Shown here: one piece after another, positions 7,420 through 16,068 of the stretch
Position numbering within the stretch: the first letter of the stretch is position 1
How the letters are laid out: every line of letters starts with the position of its first letter
Program-made: the position numbers and the translations under genes
NCBI GenBank assembly: GCA_044229145.1
Contig: JBGATO010000073.1
Location: forward strand, 1-17,922
DNA: 17,922 nucleotides
Source: Candidatus Eiseniibacteriota bacterium
GTDB taxonomy: Bacteria; Eisenbacteria; RBG-16-71-46; CAZEPH01
Direction: 5' to 3'
Notes under the pieces: model-generated
The model's database searches: none
Seen by the model: the letters and a program-made list of their open reading frames with translations, nothing else
Told to the model about the DNA's origin: nothing

Positions 7420-9471
7420 CACGACGACGCAGCGCACCACCACCGGCAGCGTGCCGAGCACACCGCGCACGAAATAGACGCCGCAGGGCGCGCGCCGTCC
7501 GTCGTCGTCGCGGCCATCCCAGCGCACGGTCACGCGGCCGGCGGCGCGGGGATCGTCAACGAGATGACGCAGAGCGCGGCCGGCGCCATCGAACGCGGCG
7601 AGGGCGAGCCGGGCGACCTGAGGCAGTTCGCACGTGAAGACGATGTCACCGCTCGAAACCGGGCGCGACACGATCACGCGCGCGGCGGATGCATCGTCGG
7701 GCGCGCCAGCAGCGCCCCGGACCGGCGTGCAGTCCACGGAGAAGGTGAACCCGACCTGCGCCGTCGCGCCGCTCACCGCGTCGGTGGCGGCGAGCGTGGC
7801 GGAGAGTTGCTGGCCGTAGTAGGCGTCTGGTGCCATGCCTTGCACGACGCCTCCCGTGGCGTCGAGCGTCAACCACTCCGGCAAGCCTTCGGCGCTCCAC
7901 ACCACGGGAATGCCGTCGTCGTCGTTGGTGGCGTGCAGCACAACGCTGCGCAGCTCCGCGGTGCAGAAGTGCGTGCACAGGCCCGGCGCGCCGTCGCACG
8001 CCAGGCCGCCGGATTCGATGACAGGCGCGCGGTCGAATACCGTGATGGGGAAGGCGACGCGCGTCACACCGCCGAACCCATCGTCGGCAATCACCGTGAC
8101 GTCGTCGTAGAGGCCGCCATTGAACCACGCGGCATCGTCGGCTGGCGTCCAGTGCAGCGTGCCGGTCACCGCGTCGATGCTGGCGCCGGCCGGCAGGTTC
8201 TCACCCGTCCAGGTGACGACATCGCCCTCGGCATCGGACGCGTGCGGGACGACGGTGAGCGTCGTGCCCTCGGTCACGCCTTGCGGCGCGATCGGGTCGA
8301 CGGCGGGCGCGGTGTCGAGAGGTGGCCGCGCCTCGTGCACGGTGATGCTGAAGGTTTGCGTCGCTAGCGCCACGCCATCGGTCGCCGACACGCGCACGGG
8401 GCTCCACACGCCGCCGCCGGTTTCCGCGGCGGTGTACGAGGGCGTCCAGTCGAAGAACACCTGGCCCTCCGCCATCGTGATGTGCGCGCCGGGCGGCGCC
8501 GGGGCCGGTATCGCAAAGGTCAGCGGCGCGCGGCCGGCAGTGGAGGCGTAGAGCGGAAGCCGGAACGGCACACCCTCGAACGCATCCTGCGACGCGATCG
8601 GTTCGAACTCGATGAGGTGCGACGTGGTGACGGTCACCGTGGTCCAGGCGCTGGCGCTCGCCCCCGTGGCATCGGTGACGGTGAACTGGAGCGGCTCGCT
8701 GCCCACCTGCGTTTCATCGTCGGCGACCGGCCACACGAAGTGGCCGCCGCGCGTCAGCGTGGCGCCGGCCGGAAGCGGGCTGGTGGCAGAGAACGCATAC
8801 GGCGCCACCCCGCCATCGGCTCGGAGGTCGAACCGCACGGTGTCGCCCTCGACCACGTTCCACACCAGCGGCACCTGCAAGGCGACTGGTGCTTGCGGGC
8901 AGGTCACCGTCCCGCCGCCATTTCCCAGCGTGGCGGGAGAACCGAGATGCGCGGCGTCGAGGGCCACGGCAACGCCGGCGTCATCGACCAAGGACAACGA
9001 GCACAACGCGAAGCTCACATTGGATGCGGCGCATTCCGTGAGGTCGAATTGGAGCGCGATGACCGCGCCGCTCGCGCACACACTGTCGGGTTGCGAATTC
9101 AGCCACGCAGCGTGGAAGTGTCCGGGCTCATCTGCGAGCACCACTGGCGAGACCAAACCGCGATTCAAATACGTGCAGCCGGACGCGGCACTGCGAAAGC
9201 TGGTGGCCGACACCGTGGCGTCGGCGCATCCCGTCCAGCGCAACTCGATTTCGCCGCCTGCATACATCGAGACGTGATCGAGGAGCAGGACGTAGAGGGT
9301 CGCACTGCCGCCGGGCTGCGCCAATGCTGCCTGCGGACTCTCGACCGAAGTCGACCAACTCAGTTGCGCGTGCGCATCGCTGTTCGATCCATGCGCGCCA
9401 GCACCGTGCGGCGCCACCAGCAGGCACGGCACGGCAAGCAGGAGAGAGGCACAGGCGGACACGGGGCGCAT
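7414..9471 (-). CDS. secreted protein with about four putative Ig-like (He_PIG/cadherin-like) repeats and a C-terminal FlgD-like Ig domain, 685 aa
   Basis: Likely start ATG at 9471 gives a signal peptide (MRPVSACASLLLAVPCLLVAPHGAGA). Repeats: YAFSATSPLPAGATL..G.FVWP, LTFAIPAPAPPGA..FDWTP, VTWTGENLPAGASID..TG.LHWTP, VVWSAEGLPEWLTLD..GG. C-terminus VRWDGRDDDGRRAPCGVYFVR. Confidence 0.85.
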   Translation of the reverse strand: MRPVSACASLLLAVPCLLVAPHGAGAHGSNSDAHAQLSWSTSVESPQAALAQPGGSATLYVLLLDHVSMYAGGEIELRWTGCADATVSATSFRSAASGCTYLNRGLVSPVVLADEPGHFHAAWLNSQPDSVCASGAVIALQFDLTECAASNVSFALCSLSLVDDAGVAVALDAAHLGSPATLGNGGGTVTCPQAPVALQVPLVWNVVEGDTVRFDLRADGGVAPYAFSATSPLPAGATLTRGGHFVWPVADDETQVGSEPLQFTVTDATGASASAWTTVTVTTSHLIEFEPIASQDAFEGVPFRLPLYASTAGRAPLTFAIPAPAPPGAHITMAEGQVFFDWTPSYTAAETGGGVWSPVRVSATDGVALATQTFSITVHEARPPLDTAPAVDPIAPQGVTEGTTLTVVPHASDAEGDVVTWTGENLPAGASIDAVTGTLHWTPADDAAWFNGGLYDDVTVIADDGFGGVTRVAFPITVFDRAPVIESGGLACDGAPGLCTHFCTAELRSVVLHATNDDDGIPVVWSAEGLPEWLTLDATGGVVQGMAPDAYYGQQLSATLAATDAVSGATAQVGFTFSVDCTPVRGAAGAPDDASAARVIVSRPVSSGDIVFTCELPQVARLALAAFDGAGRALRHLVDDPRAAGRVTVRWDGRDDDGRRAPCGVYFVRGVLGTLPVVVRCVVVR

Positions 9472-9578
9472 GGCGCGTGACGGAATCGCTCGGGTCGATG
9501 TCGAGGGGACCGGAACGTTCGGCGCGCCGTCGAGGCGTGGAGGCGGAGCGCGGGGAGCCGTGGGGTGCTCCGCCGCCG

Positions 9579-9587
9579 AGTCTACCA
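9579..9587 (-). promoter_or_regulatory. extended -10 promoter-like element (TGgTAGACT) for the Ig-repeat gene
   Basis: Minus strand reads TGGTAGACT, matching TGnTAnnnT, in the 150-bp gap between glgX and the Ig gene, about 108 nt upstream of ATG 9471. Confidence 0.45.
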
Positions 9588-9621
9588 CGCGTGCGCCGGG
9601 GGATCGCACCGGAATCGTGCG

Positions 9622-11670
9622 CTACGGGCCCGGAACCTCGGCCATGAGCACGACGATGGAACGCGGGCCCACCTCGATCTCGGCCGGCTCGCACGGCCGG
9701 CCGGCACAGTCAGCCTGGAGTGCGTCCTCGTCGGGAAGCGCCGTATCCAAGACCCGCCGCCACGCGGCCGGCGGGAGGCGGACGGTGGCGGGCTCCCACG
9801 AAGCATGCGCCACCACGAGAAGCTGCGTGCGGGCGGTGGGATCGTTCGGCGTGAGGTGGGCGACTAGCGTACGCGCGGCCACGTCGTCGCCAAGCGGCGC
9901 GCCGGCCGCGTCGCGCCACTGCACGGTGCGTGCGTCACCGGCGGTGGTCAGCAGCGGCTCGCCGCGCCGCCACGCGAGTAGATCGCGCACGAACCGCCAC
10001 CACGGCGCGTGCTCGCCCGCCGCGCTCCACTCGAGCCAGGCGATCTCGTTGTCCTGGCACCACGCGTTGTTGTTGCCGCCCTGTGTCCGGCCCATCTCGT
10101 CGCCTGCCCCCAGCATCAGCGCGCCGGGCATGAGACACACGAGGGCGAGGAGATTGCGGCGCTGTCGCGCGCGCAGGTCGAGGATCGCCGGATCGTCGGT
10201 GGCTCCTTCGGCGCCGCAGTTCCACGACTCGTTGTGGTTTTCGCCGTCGCGATCGTGTTCGCCGTTGCGCAGGTTGTGCTTGTGGTCGTAGGCGACGAGG
10301 TCTGCGAGCGGGAAGCCGTCGTGGCACGCGACATAGTTGACGCTGCACCCATGCGACAGCCCGCGCGCAGCGTACAGGTCCGGGCTGCCGTCGAGACGCA
10401 ATCGTAAGTCGGCGACCTGGCCTTCGGCGCCGCGCACGAAGCGCCGCACGGTGTCGCGCGCGCGGCCGTTCCATTCCGCCCACGCACGGCCGGCGCCGGG
10501 GAACGATCCGACGTGATACAGCCCGAGATCCCACGCTTCGGCGATCAGCTTGACGTCGCGCAAATCCGGGTCGGCGGCGATCGCCTCCATCAACGGCGGT
10601 GACGGCAAGGGTTTGCCGCCGGCACCGCGCGTCAGCGAGGACGCGAGATCGAAGCGGAACCCGTCGACGTGCATCTCGCGCACCCAATAGCGCAGCGACG
10701 CGACGATCAATTCCACCACGCGCGGGTGATTGGCGTTCACCGTGTTGCCGCACCCGGTGCTGTCGAAATAGCGCCCGGTGGCGGGATCGTGGATGTAGTA
10801 GACGGCGTCGTCGAAACCGCGGAAGTGCAGTAGCGGGCCGCCGGCCGGACCTTCCGCGGTGTGGTTGAAGACGACGTCGAGGATGACTTCGAGGCCCGCG
10901 GCGTGGAACGCGCGCACCATCTGGCGGAATTCGTCGCGCGCGTGGTCCGGCTGGGCCGCGTACGAAGCCTTCGGCGCGAAGTAGCCGGCGGTCGAGTAGC
11001 CCCACAGGTTCACCAGACGGCGATGCGTGGTCGGGTCGGCGCGCAGGTTTTCGGTCTCGTTGAACTCATGTACCGGCAGCAGCTCGACGGCGGTGACGCC
11101 GAGCGCGCGCAAATACGGGATCTTCTCGACCAGCGCCGCGTAGGTGCCCGGCGCGGCGACGCCCGAGGAGGCATGCCGCGTAAAGGAGCGCACGTGCAGC
11201 TCGTAGATCACCGACTGTTCGAGCGGGGTGCGCGGTGGTGCGTCGTCGCCCCACGCGAATGCTGGTTCGGGCGACGGCACACGGCACCGATAGCCCCATA
11301 CATCGACGCGCATCGGATCGTGGCGCCGGCGACGATTCCATTCCTCGCGGCCGGTGAGCGTGGTGGCGTAGGGATCGAGCAGTAGGCGCGGTACGCGGTC
11401 GCGCACTTCCCATAGGTATTCGCAGCCGCGCGGCAGACCGCCGACCCACACGCGCCAGACGTCGCCGTCGCGATGCATGCGCGGGTCGAGCGGCACGCGC
11501 CACGTCGGGGCCGAGGCGCCTGGCGCGAACAGCACCAACGTCATCGCCGGCGCGCCCGCCGATGCCACCGCGAATCCGACGCCGCCCTCATGCGGCGTGG
11601 CGCCGAGCGGCAGTGCGTGCGCGGCGCGGACCTCCACCTCCGGAGCGAACGAAGGGTCGAGCGTCCGCAC
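9622..11670 (-). CDS. glgX: glycogen debranching enzyme / isoamylase (GH13, N-terminal CBM48-like)
   Basis: PLGAT, LLLDPYA, IYELHVR.FT, LGVTAVELLPV, NLWGYST, DVVFNHTAEG. Catalytic motifs DGFRFDLAS, IAEAWD and CHDGF are intact; also GNNNAWCQDNE. GTG start 4 nt after the glgP stop. Confidence 0.95.
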   Translation of the reverse strand: MRTLDPSFAPEVEVRAAHALPLGATPHEGGVGFAVASAGAPAMTLVLFAPGASAPTWRVPLDPRMHRDGDVWRVWVGGLPRGCEYLWEVRDRVPRLLLDPYATTLTGREEWNRRRRHDPMRVDVWGYRCRVPSPEPAFAWGDDAPPRTPLEQSVIYELHVRSFTRHASSGVAAPGTYAALVEKIPYLRALGVTAVELLPVHEFNETENLRADPTTHRRLVNLWGYSTAGYFAPKASYAAQPDHARDEFRQMVRAFHAAGLEVILDVVFNHTAEGPAGGPLLHFRGFDDAVYYIHDPATGRYFDSTGCGNTVNANHPRVVELIVASLRYWVREMHVDGFRFDLASSLTRGAGGKPLPSPPLMEAIAADPDLRDVKLIAEAWDLGLYHVGSFPGAGRAWAEWNGRARDTVRRFVRGAEGQVADLRLRLDGSPDLYAARGLSHGCSVNYVACHDGFPLADLVAYDHKHNLRNGEHDRDGENHNESWNCGAEGATDDPAILDLRARQRRNLLALVCLMPGALMLGAGDEMGRTQGGNNNAWCQDNEIAWLEWSAAGEHAPWWRFVRDLLAWRRGEPLLTTAGDARTVQWRDAAGAPLGDDVAARTLVAHLTPNDPTARTQLLVVAHASWEPATVRLPPAAWRRVLDTALPDEDALQADCAGRPCEPAEIEVGPRSIVVLMAEVPGP

Positions 11671-11674
11671 GCCG

Positions 11675-14248
11675 CTACGGCTCCACCGCGATCAACTTCC
11701 AGATGTCGCGCGCGTACTCTTCGATGGTGCGGTCGCTGGAAAACTTCGAGGTGCGCGCGACGTTGAGGATCGCCTTGCGGGCCCATTCGCGGGCGTTGGT
11801 GAAGTCGTGCGCGACACGTTCCTGGGTTGCGACGTAGGCATCGAAGTCGGCGCAATGGAAGTAGCGGTCGCCTTCCGACATCAGCGCGTCGTGCAGCGGC
11901 TGGAACAGGCCCGGCTCGCCGTAGCAGAATCGCTCGGTGGCCAAATTGTCGATCACGCGGCGCAGGTACGGCGACGACTCGTAGTAGGCGCGCGGTTCGT
12001 ACGACTGTTCCTTCTGCATCCGCGTCACCTGCTCGGCGGTCAGGCCAAAGATGTAGAGATTCTCGACGCCGACTTCCTCGGCGATCTCGACGTTCGCGCC
12101 GTCCATCGTCCCGACGGTGAGCGCGCCATTCATCGACAGCTTCATGTTGCCGGTGCCGCTGGCTTCGTAGCCGGCGGTCGAGATCTGCTCGCTGAGGTCG
12201 GCGGCCGGCATGATCATCTCGGCCAACGACACGCGGTAGTTCGGCAGGAAGGCGACCTTGAGCTGATCGCCGACGCGCGGGTCGTTGTTCACCACCTCGG
12301 CGACGCCGTGAATCAGCTTGATGATCTGCTTGGCGCGTACGTATCCCGGCGCCGCCTTGCCGGCGAACAGGTGCAACCGCGGCGACGGCGGCGCGACGCC
12401 ATCCTCGACGATGCGGAAGTACTCGTGCATCACCAGCATGACGTGCAGCAACTGCCGCTTGTACTCATGAATGCGCTTGACCTGCACGTCGAACAGCGCG
12501 TCCGGCGTCACGCGCAGTCCGAGCGCCGATTCGAGATGATCGGCGAGGCGCTCCTTGTTCGCGCTCTTGATGCGCAGGAACTCGTGCTGCGCCTCGACGT
12601 CCTCGGCGCGCGACTCGAGACCGCGCACCAAGTCGAGATCGGTGATCCACGCCTCGCTGCCGAGTTGATCGGTGATCCAGCGCGCCAGCGCTGGATTCGC
12701 GTACAGCAGCCAGCGGCGATGCGTGACGCCGTTCGTTTTGTTGTTGAACAGCGCCGGCCACATCTCGGCGAAGTCCGGCACCAGCTGCTCGGTGAGCAGC
12801 CGCGAATGCAGTTCGGCAACGCCATTCACCGAGTGCGATCCGATGATCGCGAGGTTCGCCATGCGGAAGCGCTTGGCCGGCGCGGTGGACAACGGATCGC
12901 CTTCGTCGACGATCGACATGCGCACTTGCCGCTCGGTGTCCTGCGGCCAGCGCCGCGCCACCTGGCGCAGGAAGCGGTGGTTGATCTCGTAGAGGATCTG
13001 CGTATGGCGCGGCAGCACGCGCTCGACGAGTTCCACCGGCCACGTCTCGAGCGCTTCGGGGAGCAGCGTGTGGTTGGTGTACGCGCAGGTGTTGCGGGTG
13101 ATCACCCACGCGGTGTCCCAGTCCACTTCGTGTTCATCGATGAGCGTGCGCATCAACTCGGCGATGGTGAGCGCCGGATGCGTGTCGTTCATTTGCAGCG
13201 CGACGAACTCGGTGAAGCGGTCGAAGCCCTCGTGGTGCATACGGTAGCGGCGCACGATGTCGCGCACCGCGCACGCCACCAGGAAGTACTCCTGCAGGAG
13301 CCGCAGTTCCTTGCCGGCTTCGGTATCGTCGCTCGGATAGAGGATCTTCGAGATCGACTCGCTGTTGATCTTGGCGTTGACCGCCTTGATGTAGTCGCCC
13401 TCGTTGAAGATGCTGATGTCGAATTCGTCGGACGAGCGCGCGGCGTAGAGGCGCAGGAAGTTCACGGTGCGTGCGCCGTAGCCGACGATCGGGAAGTCGT
13501 ACGGCACGCCCACCAACACGCGCCAGTCGGTCCACATCGGCGAGTAGTTGCCTTCGCGATCGCGCATGTGCTCGATACGGCCGTAGACCGGCACGATCAC
13601 CGATTCGTCGGCGCGTTCGATCACCCACGGCGATTCGAGCGACATCCAGTGGTCCGGGCGTTCGTGCTGGTAGCCGCCGCGAATCTCTTGCTTGAACAGG
13701 CCGAACTCGTAGTGCAGGCCGTAGCCGAAGCCGGGCATGTCGAGCGTCGCCAGCGAATCGAGGAAGCACGCGGCGAGACGTCCGAGGCCGCCGTTGCCGA
13801 GCGCCGGGTCCGGCTCCACCGCCTCGATGTCGTCGAGGTCGTGACCGAACTCCGCCAGCGCGCGCCGTGCCGCGTCGTAGAGTCCGAGGTTCTGCAAGTT
13901 GTTGTTGAGCGAGCGCCCGACCAGGAACTCCATCGACAGGTAGTAGAGGCGCTTGGCATCGGCGCGGTCGTAGCGGTCGAGGGTCTCGTAGAGCTTGTCG
14001 AGAATCGGACGGCGCGCGCTGAGCGCGAGGGCGCGGAACAGGTCGTCGCGCGACGGCGTGCCGGGGCGGCCGATGTTGTAGCGCAGCTCGGCGCGGATCT
14101 GGTCGCCGAGCGGTGTGCTGCGGCCGCCGCGCGGCCGCGCGATCAGGCGGCTGCGTTCGCCGTTGCCTTCGCCGCTCTCGAGACCGCTGGCCGGCATGTT
14201 GACCACGGTCCAGCGCAATGCGTCGCGCAGACGATCGGATGGTGTCAT
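11675..14248 (-). CDS. glgP: glycogen/starch/alpha-glucan phosphorylase (GT35)
   Basis: YYLSMEFL.GR, LGNGGLGRLAACFLDS, LRLLQEYF, QMNDTHP, YTNHT, NKTNGVT.RRW, QVKRIHEYKRQ, FAGKAAPGY, and PLP-lysine motif EASGTGNMK. Start taken as ATG 14248 (upstream AGGAG/GGGAAG); ATG 14197 is an alternative. Confidence 0.97.
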   Translation of the reverse strand: MTPSDRLRDALRWTVVNMPASGLESGEGNGERSRLIARPRGGRSTPLGDQIRAELRYNIGRPGTPSRDDLFRALALSARRPILDKLYETLDRYDRADAKRLYYLSMEFLVGRSLNNNLQNLGLYDAARRALAEFGHDLDDIEAVEPDPALGNGGLGRLAACFLDSLATLDMPGFGYGLHYEFGLFKQEIRGGYQHERPDHWMSLESPWVIERADESVIVPVYGRIEHMRDREGNYSPMWTDWRVLVGVPYDFPIVGYGARTVNFLRLYAARSSDEFDISIFNEGDYIKAVNAKINSESISKILYPSDDTEAGKELRLLQEYFLVACAVRDIVRRYRMHHEGFDRFTEFVALQMNDTHPALTIAELMRTLIDEHEVDWDTAWVITRNTCAYTNHTLLPEALETWPVELVERVLPRHTQILYEINHRFLRQVARRWPQDTERQVRMSIVDEGDPLSTAPAKRFRMANLAIIGSHSVNGVAELHSRLLTEQLVPDFAEMWPALFNNKTNGVTHRRWLLYANPALARWITDQLGSEAWITDLDLVRGLESRAEDVEAQHEFLRIKSANKERLADHLESALGLRVTPDALFDVQVKRIHEYKRQLLHVMLVMHEYFRIVEDGVAPPSPRLHLFAGKAAPGYVRAKQIIKLIHGVAEVVNNDPRVGDQLKVAFLPNYRVSLAEMIMPAADLSEQISTAGYEASGTGNMKLSMNGALTVGTMDGANVEIAEEVGVENLYIFGLTAEQVTRMQKEQSYEPRAYYESSPYLRRVIDNLATERFCYGEPGLFQPLHDALMSEGDRYFHCADFDAYVATQERVAHDFTNAREWARKAILNVARTSKFSSDRTIEEYARDIWKLIAVEP

Positions 14249-14383
14249 CGCTTCCCTGCGTCTCCTGACAAACGTCTGGTGTCTCCGGGTGTCATCGGCG
14301 GCCGCGCGGCGCGCCGTGCGGATTTCCACCTGGTGGACCGCTCCAGCGCGCGAGGCTGCTCACTCGCCGCAGTGGGACTCCCG

Positions 14384-14392
14384 TGCTAGTGT
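14384..14392 (+). promoter_or_regulatory. extended -10 element (TGcTAGTGT), placed for a leaderless M14 peptidase mRNA
   Basis: TGCTAGTGT matches TGnTAnnnT. Exactly 7 nt separate it from ATG 14400, and there is no Shine-Dalgarno sequence. Confidence 0.5.
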
Positions 14393-14399
14393 GCGGCGC

Positions 14400-16068
14400 A
14401 TGCCCGAAGCGATTCGCCGCCGCCGTGCGGCCCGCGCGCTGTGCGCGACCGTGTTGCTGTGGGCCGCGCGGCCGGCAATGTCGTCGCTTGCCGCTCCGGC
14501 CCTCGAGGACTGGCGTACGCCCGCCGAGGCGACTGCCTACCGCACCACGCCCGACTACGACGAAACGCTGGCCTACGTGCGCCGCCTTGCCGCGCGCTCG
14601 CCGTGGATCCATGTCACCACCTACGGCACCAGCGCCCTGGGACGCCCGCTGCCGGTGGTGATCCTGTCACGCGATCGCGCTTTCACGCCGGCGGCGGCAC
14701 GCGCCACCGGCAAGCCCATCGTCCTCATCCAGAACGGCATTCACTCCGGCGAGATCGAAGCTCAACCTCAACCGCGATTACACCAAGCTCGAGACGCCGG
14801 AGTTGCGCGCGCTCATCGGCAACGTGTTCACCACGTGGTGGCCGGACCTGCTGGTGGACGACCATACCACCGACGGCGCCGATTATCAGCACGACGTGAC
14901 GTACAGCGTGCCGCATGGCCCAGATGTGCCCGAAGCACTCGTCCGCTGGGGTCGCGAGGCGTTCGACGGCCGCATCGTGCCGCGGCTCACCGCGATGGGG
15001 CACCTGCCGGCGCCGTACCTGAGCTTCCGTGAAGGCCACGATCCTGCGAGCGGCATCGACTACGGCGACTATCCGCCACGTTTCTCCACCGGCTATGCGC
15101 CGATGCAAGGCCGGGCCGCGATCCTGGTCGAAACCCACATGCGCAAGCCGTACGCGACCCGCGTCCAGGCCACCTACGATCTGCTACTCGCCCTGCTGCA
15201 GGAAATCAATGCGCACCCGGTCGAGTTGCGGCAGGCGGTGCGTCTCGCCGAGGAGGAGATTGCCGGTCGTGTGCGCCAGCCCGGACCGCTCGGGCGCCGG
15301 GTGGTGCTCGCCGCCGCCACGACGGATGTCGCCGACTCTTTCGCGTATCGCGGCACGGCCTCGCACATCGACACCAGCGTGGTGACCGGCGGACCGGTGC
15401 GCCGCTATCACGACGCGCCGTGGAACGCCACGATTCCGCTCTATCGCACGCTGCAGCCGACGCTGGCGGTGGATGCGCCGGCCGGGTATCTCGTGCCGCA
15501 GGAGTGGATGAAGGTGCGCGATCGCCTCGACCTCCACGGGGTGCGCTACCGCGTGCTCGCCGCACCGTTCGGCGACAGCGTCGACTGCGCGCACATCACC
15601 CACTGGTCAGCCGGCGGCCTGGCGGAAGGGCATCACCCCATCGCCGTGAGCGGCGTTCGCCTCGAGCGGCAGTGGCGCACGTATCGCCCCGGCGATTTGT
15701 GGGTGCCGCTCGACCAGCCGCGGGCACTCATCGCGATGCACCTGCTCGAGGCGCAGGCGCCGGACGGCCTGCTCAAGTGGAACGTCTTCGACACCATCTT
15801 CGAGCACAAGGAGTACGCCGAAGACTACGTGTTCGAGCCGATCGCCGCGCAGATGCTGCGCGATCGGCCGGCGCTCGCCGATTCGTTCGCGGCCGCGCTG
15901 CGGGCGGACTCGACGTTCGCCCGCGATCCCTATGCGCGCCTCGATTGGCTGTACCGACGCTCGCGGTGGAGCGACCCGCTCGAAGCCGTGATGCCGGTGG
16001 CGCGGGCGATCCGCCCGGTGCCGGACGCGGTGCTGCGCCCACGGCCGGCGGCCCGCCCGGCGCGCTGA
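14400..16068 (+). pseudogene. M14 family zinc carboxypeptidase-like gene disrupted by an internal deletion and frameshift at 14760/14761
   Basis: The 5' part (signal-like N-terminus, TPDYDET, YGTS..GRPLP, VLIQNGIHSGEIE) is in one frame. Directly after GAA G a different frame reads LNLNRDYTK...LVDDHTTDGADYQ...ILVETH to the TGA ending at 16068. The segment normally found between HxxE and NLNRD is absent. Confidence 0.85.

Noticed and set aside
11477..14389. 970-aa plus-strand ORF
   Set aside because: Antisense shadow of the strongly codon-biased glgP; no domain signature.
14751..14775. Programmed ribosomal frameshift in the peptidase
   Set aside because: No slippery sequence, and re-framing would still leave the core segment between HxxE and NLNRD missing.
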